DNA from: an uncultured archaeon
GTDB taxonomy: Archaea > Thermoplasmatota > Poseidoniia > MGIII > CG-Epi1
Direction of reading: 5' to 3'
DNA length: 64,000 nucleotides
NCBI GenBank assembly: GCA_964389465.1
Contig: CAYMDK010000003.1
Location: 4,148-68,147, forward strand
A program made the position numbers and the translations under genes. Each line of letters opens with the position of its first letter. Position 1 is the first letter of the stretch. Under the pieces are notes generated by a model that searched no databases, had not been told where the DNA came from, and saw only the letters and a list, made by a program, of their open reading frames with translations. This document shows positions 62,460 to 64,000 of this stretch, piece by piece.

Positions 62460-62469
62460 TTTTTTTTAA
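62460..62469 (+). promoter_or_regulatory. T-rich TATA-like element for 62490..62918
   Basis: ttttttttaa lies 21-30 nt upstream of GTG 62490. Confidence 0.3.
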
Positions 62470-62489
62470 GCCGCGCCCGTCCGCGGCGC

Positions 62490-62918
62490 GTGGACCCGCG
62501 CTTCGTAGTGGTCAGCCTGCTGCTGCTGACCGCGACGCCGAGTTGCCAGGAGCCGAACCCGGCACGCACCATCGTCAGCCTGCAGCTCGACTGGGATGGC
62601 GAGCAGGCGTGGGTCTACCTCTACTCGACACCACGGGCGCGGATGGACAACCTGACCATCGCCTTCGGGAACGATACGCTGCGCGAGCCGGAGGTCTACG
62701 CATTGCAGCGCGCGACCGACGCGGTCGAGTTCAGCCTCACGGTCGAGGCGGAGCTCTCGGGCGTCTCCTGGGGCTTCAGCGGTAACATCACGCTGGAGGA
62801 TCAGGGGCTTGAAGAACCGGAGTACCACGCGCTGGTCGAAATTCCTGTCGAGGAGGGCGAGCCGGACGAAGAGGACTGGGGGCTGCCGCGCAGCCGCCCG
62901 CTGGAGCGGCTGCCATGA
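62490..62918 (+). CDS. Putative secreted lipoprotein
   Basis: This is the 3' part of ORF 61662..62918; the 5' part is antisense to real genes. An in-frame GTG at 62490 gives VDPRFVVVSLLLLTATPSC, a lipobox-like signal. Confidence 0.45.
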   Translation: MDPRFVVVSLLLLTATPSCQEPNPARTIVSLQLDWDGEQAWVYLYSTPRARMDNLTIAFGNDTLREPEVYALQRATDAVEFSLTVEAELSGVSWGFSGNITLEDQGLEEPEYHALVEIPVEEGEPDEEDWGLPRSRPLERLP

Positions 62919-63256
62919 ACCTGCTGCGCGCGCCACTCAGCTTCCAGTTCACCATCGCCGCCGTGAGCGCGCTGCTGCTCTACCTGGTGCTGTTCCAGCT
63001 GAACGTCATTGATTTCTCCGTGGGCGAGCTGCTCGCCTTCTACACCTTCTCGGTTTTCACGGTGACGCTCTTCGCGGTGCTGGGCGGGGTGCTGCTGGGG
63101 ATGTTCATCGCTACGCGCGCGCTCTCGAGCCAGGGATTCACGCCGTTCGAGGTTTCGATGCTCAAGCTGCGCGATGATGTGCGCAACCTGCGCGAGGAGG
63201 TGCGCCAGCTGCGCGCGCCGGAAGAGGGCGAATCTGAAGAGGAATCTTCGGAGTAA
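62915..63256 (+). CDS. Small membrane protein (3 TM) with charged C-terminal helix
   Basis: 113-aa ORF. Has an ATGA overlap with the upstream gene. Confidence 0.55.
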   Translation: MNLLRAPLSFQFTIAAVSALLLYLVLFQLNVIDFSVGELLAFYTFSVFTVTLFAVLGGVLLGMFIATRALSSQGFTPFEVSMLKLRDDVRNLREEVRQLRAPEEGESEEESSE

Positions 63257-63260
63257 CCGT

Positions 63261-63270
63261 TTTATAAAAA
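63261..63270 (+). promoter_or_regulatory. TATA box (leaderless geometry) for the 63290 gene
   Basis: tttataaaaa lies 20-29 nt upstream of ATG 63290. Confidence 0.5.
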
Positions 63271-63289
63271 TCGCGGGGGGTGGCCGTGC

Positions 63290-64000
63290 ATGTCTCGCGC
63301 GACTCTGTCCGGCGTCATCTTCATTCTGGCGCTGATGCTGCTCTCACCTCTGGCTGGCCTCAGCCTGCCCGGTTCCGATAGCGGACTGCACCCGGCCAGC
63401 AACCCGGACGCAGGCCGCGACCACGGTTCGTACAGTGTAGAAATCTACCCGGCCGGTGAAATCGGCCCCGGCGATGACCAGTTGACACGTAACCAGAGCC
63501 GCAGCTTTGAGTTCACGGTCGAGAATACTGGCAGCGATGCTGATACCTACGATATCACGGCGGTCTGGACCGACAATAACAATCTGGGCTGGAACTGCGT
63601 AGCCGACGTAGATTCGGTTTCGCTCGCGGCTGGCGCGACCGCGTCAGTCGAGTTCACTTTCTCGACCCCGCGCGCCAGTGTTTACGACGGCGCTGAGAAG
63701 CAGTTCAAGCTGAATGCTACTTCCACCAACGAAACCACGGTGAGCGACAGCGAGGATTTCAACATCCGTATTGACATGAGCCACGCTGTCGACCTCACAG
63801 TCCGTGGTGAAGCGTCAAAGTCAGCCGAACGCGGTGACATGGTGCGTTTCCAGCTTGACCTGACCAATGTTGGAGACAATGGCGACAGCTACCGCGTCTC
63901 GCTGACCCACGTACCATGGGACTGGAGCGCTGACACGGACACGGTCAACATAAACAATGTTGCGGCTGGCGAGCAGCGCAGTTTCTACGTCGATGTCGAC
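63290..64000 (+). CDS. Secreted protein with CARDB/COG1470-type Ig-like modules (5' partial, runs off the window)
   Basis: Own translation, absent from the ORF track because there is no stop: MSRATLSGVIFILALMLLSPLAGLS...FEFTVENTGSDADTYDITAVW...FQLDLTNVGDNGDSYRVSLT. The frame is open for 237 codons to the window end. Confidence 0.65.
   Translation, partial: MSRATLSGVIFILALMLLSPLAGLSLPGSDSGLHPASNPDAGRDHGSYSVEIYPAGEIGPGDDQLTRNQSRSFEFTVENTGSDADTYDITAVWTDNNNLGWNCVADVDSVSLAAGATASVEFTFSTPRASVYDGAEKQFKLNATSTNETTVSDSEDFNIRIDMSHAVDLTVRGEASKSAERGDMVRFQLDLTNVGDNGDSYRVSLTHVPWDWSADTDTVNINNVAAGEQRSFYVDVD

Noticed and set aside
61662-62489. The 5' two-thirds of ORF 61662..62918.
   Set aside because: It is antisense to two supported minus-strand genes (61002..61964 and 61965..62411) and is Arg/Gly/Ala-rich. 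Only the 3' part after GTG 62490, which starts with a lipoprotein-like signal, is plausible.

Overview
Archaeal chromosomal segment, densely coding on both strands, roughly two-thirds G+C by eye. No rRNA, CRISPR array, transposase or integrase was recognised. Assignment to Archaea rests on the exosome/proteasome superoperon (psmA, SBDS, rrp4, rrp41, rrp42, rpl37ae, rpoP, pcc1-like, pfdB), GatE, an intron-containing tRNA-Tyr with a C1:G72 pair, class-III (archaeal type IV pilin) signal peptides, and TATA boxes 20-30 nt upstream of start codons, which suggests mostly leaderless mRNAs. Very large glycoprotein-like surface proteins, PKD/CARDB modules and bacterial-type catabolic genes (lat, hutH, crotonase, M14 peptidase) suggest an uncultivated aerobic heterotrophic Thermoplasmatota-like (marine group) archaeon; this is inference only. 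Main blocks: (1) 24-6025, minus strand: an eight-gene Rieske/cytochrome b operon. Its subunit-IV-like half is fused to an HdrC-like 2x[4Fe-4S] domain, followed by an HdrB-like CCG protein and a tethered Sulfolobus-type ferredoxin fusion. I consider this the best candidate for an undescribed system. (2) rps15, recJ-like, trmI, trxB. (3) 11323-17964: a type IV pilus-like (non-archaellum) locus with an ATPase carrying a long C-terminal extension and a split platform protein. (4) pyrG, then an MBL hydrolase plus two 2OG-oxygenase paralogues. (5) A pilin, an anchored protein, an ArsR regulator, and a 1329-aa surface protein whose N-terminal 60 percent has much lower GC than the rest. (6) MFS, HAD, tRNA-Arg, crotonase, and a single-gene low-GC methyltransferase islet. 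(7) The exosome superoperon ending in tRNA-Tyr. (8) A 1488-aa surface protein with a CxxCH domain and a cytoplasmic coiled-coil tail. (9) lat, hutH (MIO triad Ala-Cys-Gly), TPR proteins, and a GT4/GlmU-like/gatE operon. CDS coordinates follow the supplied ORF track, trimmed to starts I checked in the sequence. RNA, promoter and terminator coordinates were hand-counted and may be off by 1-2 nt.
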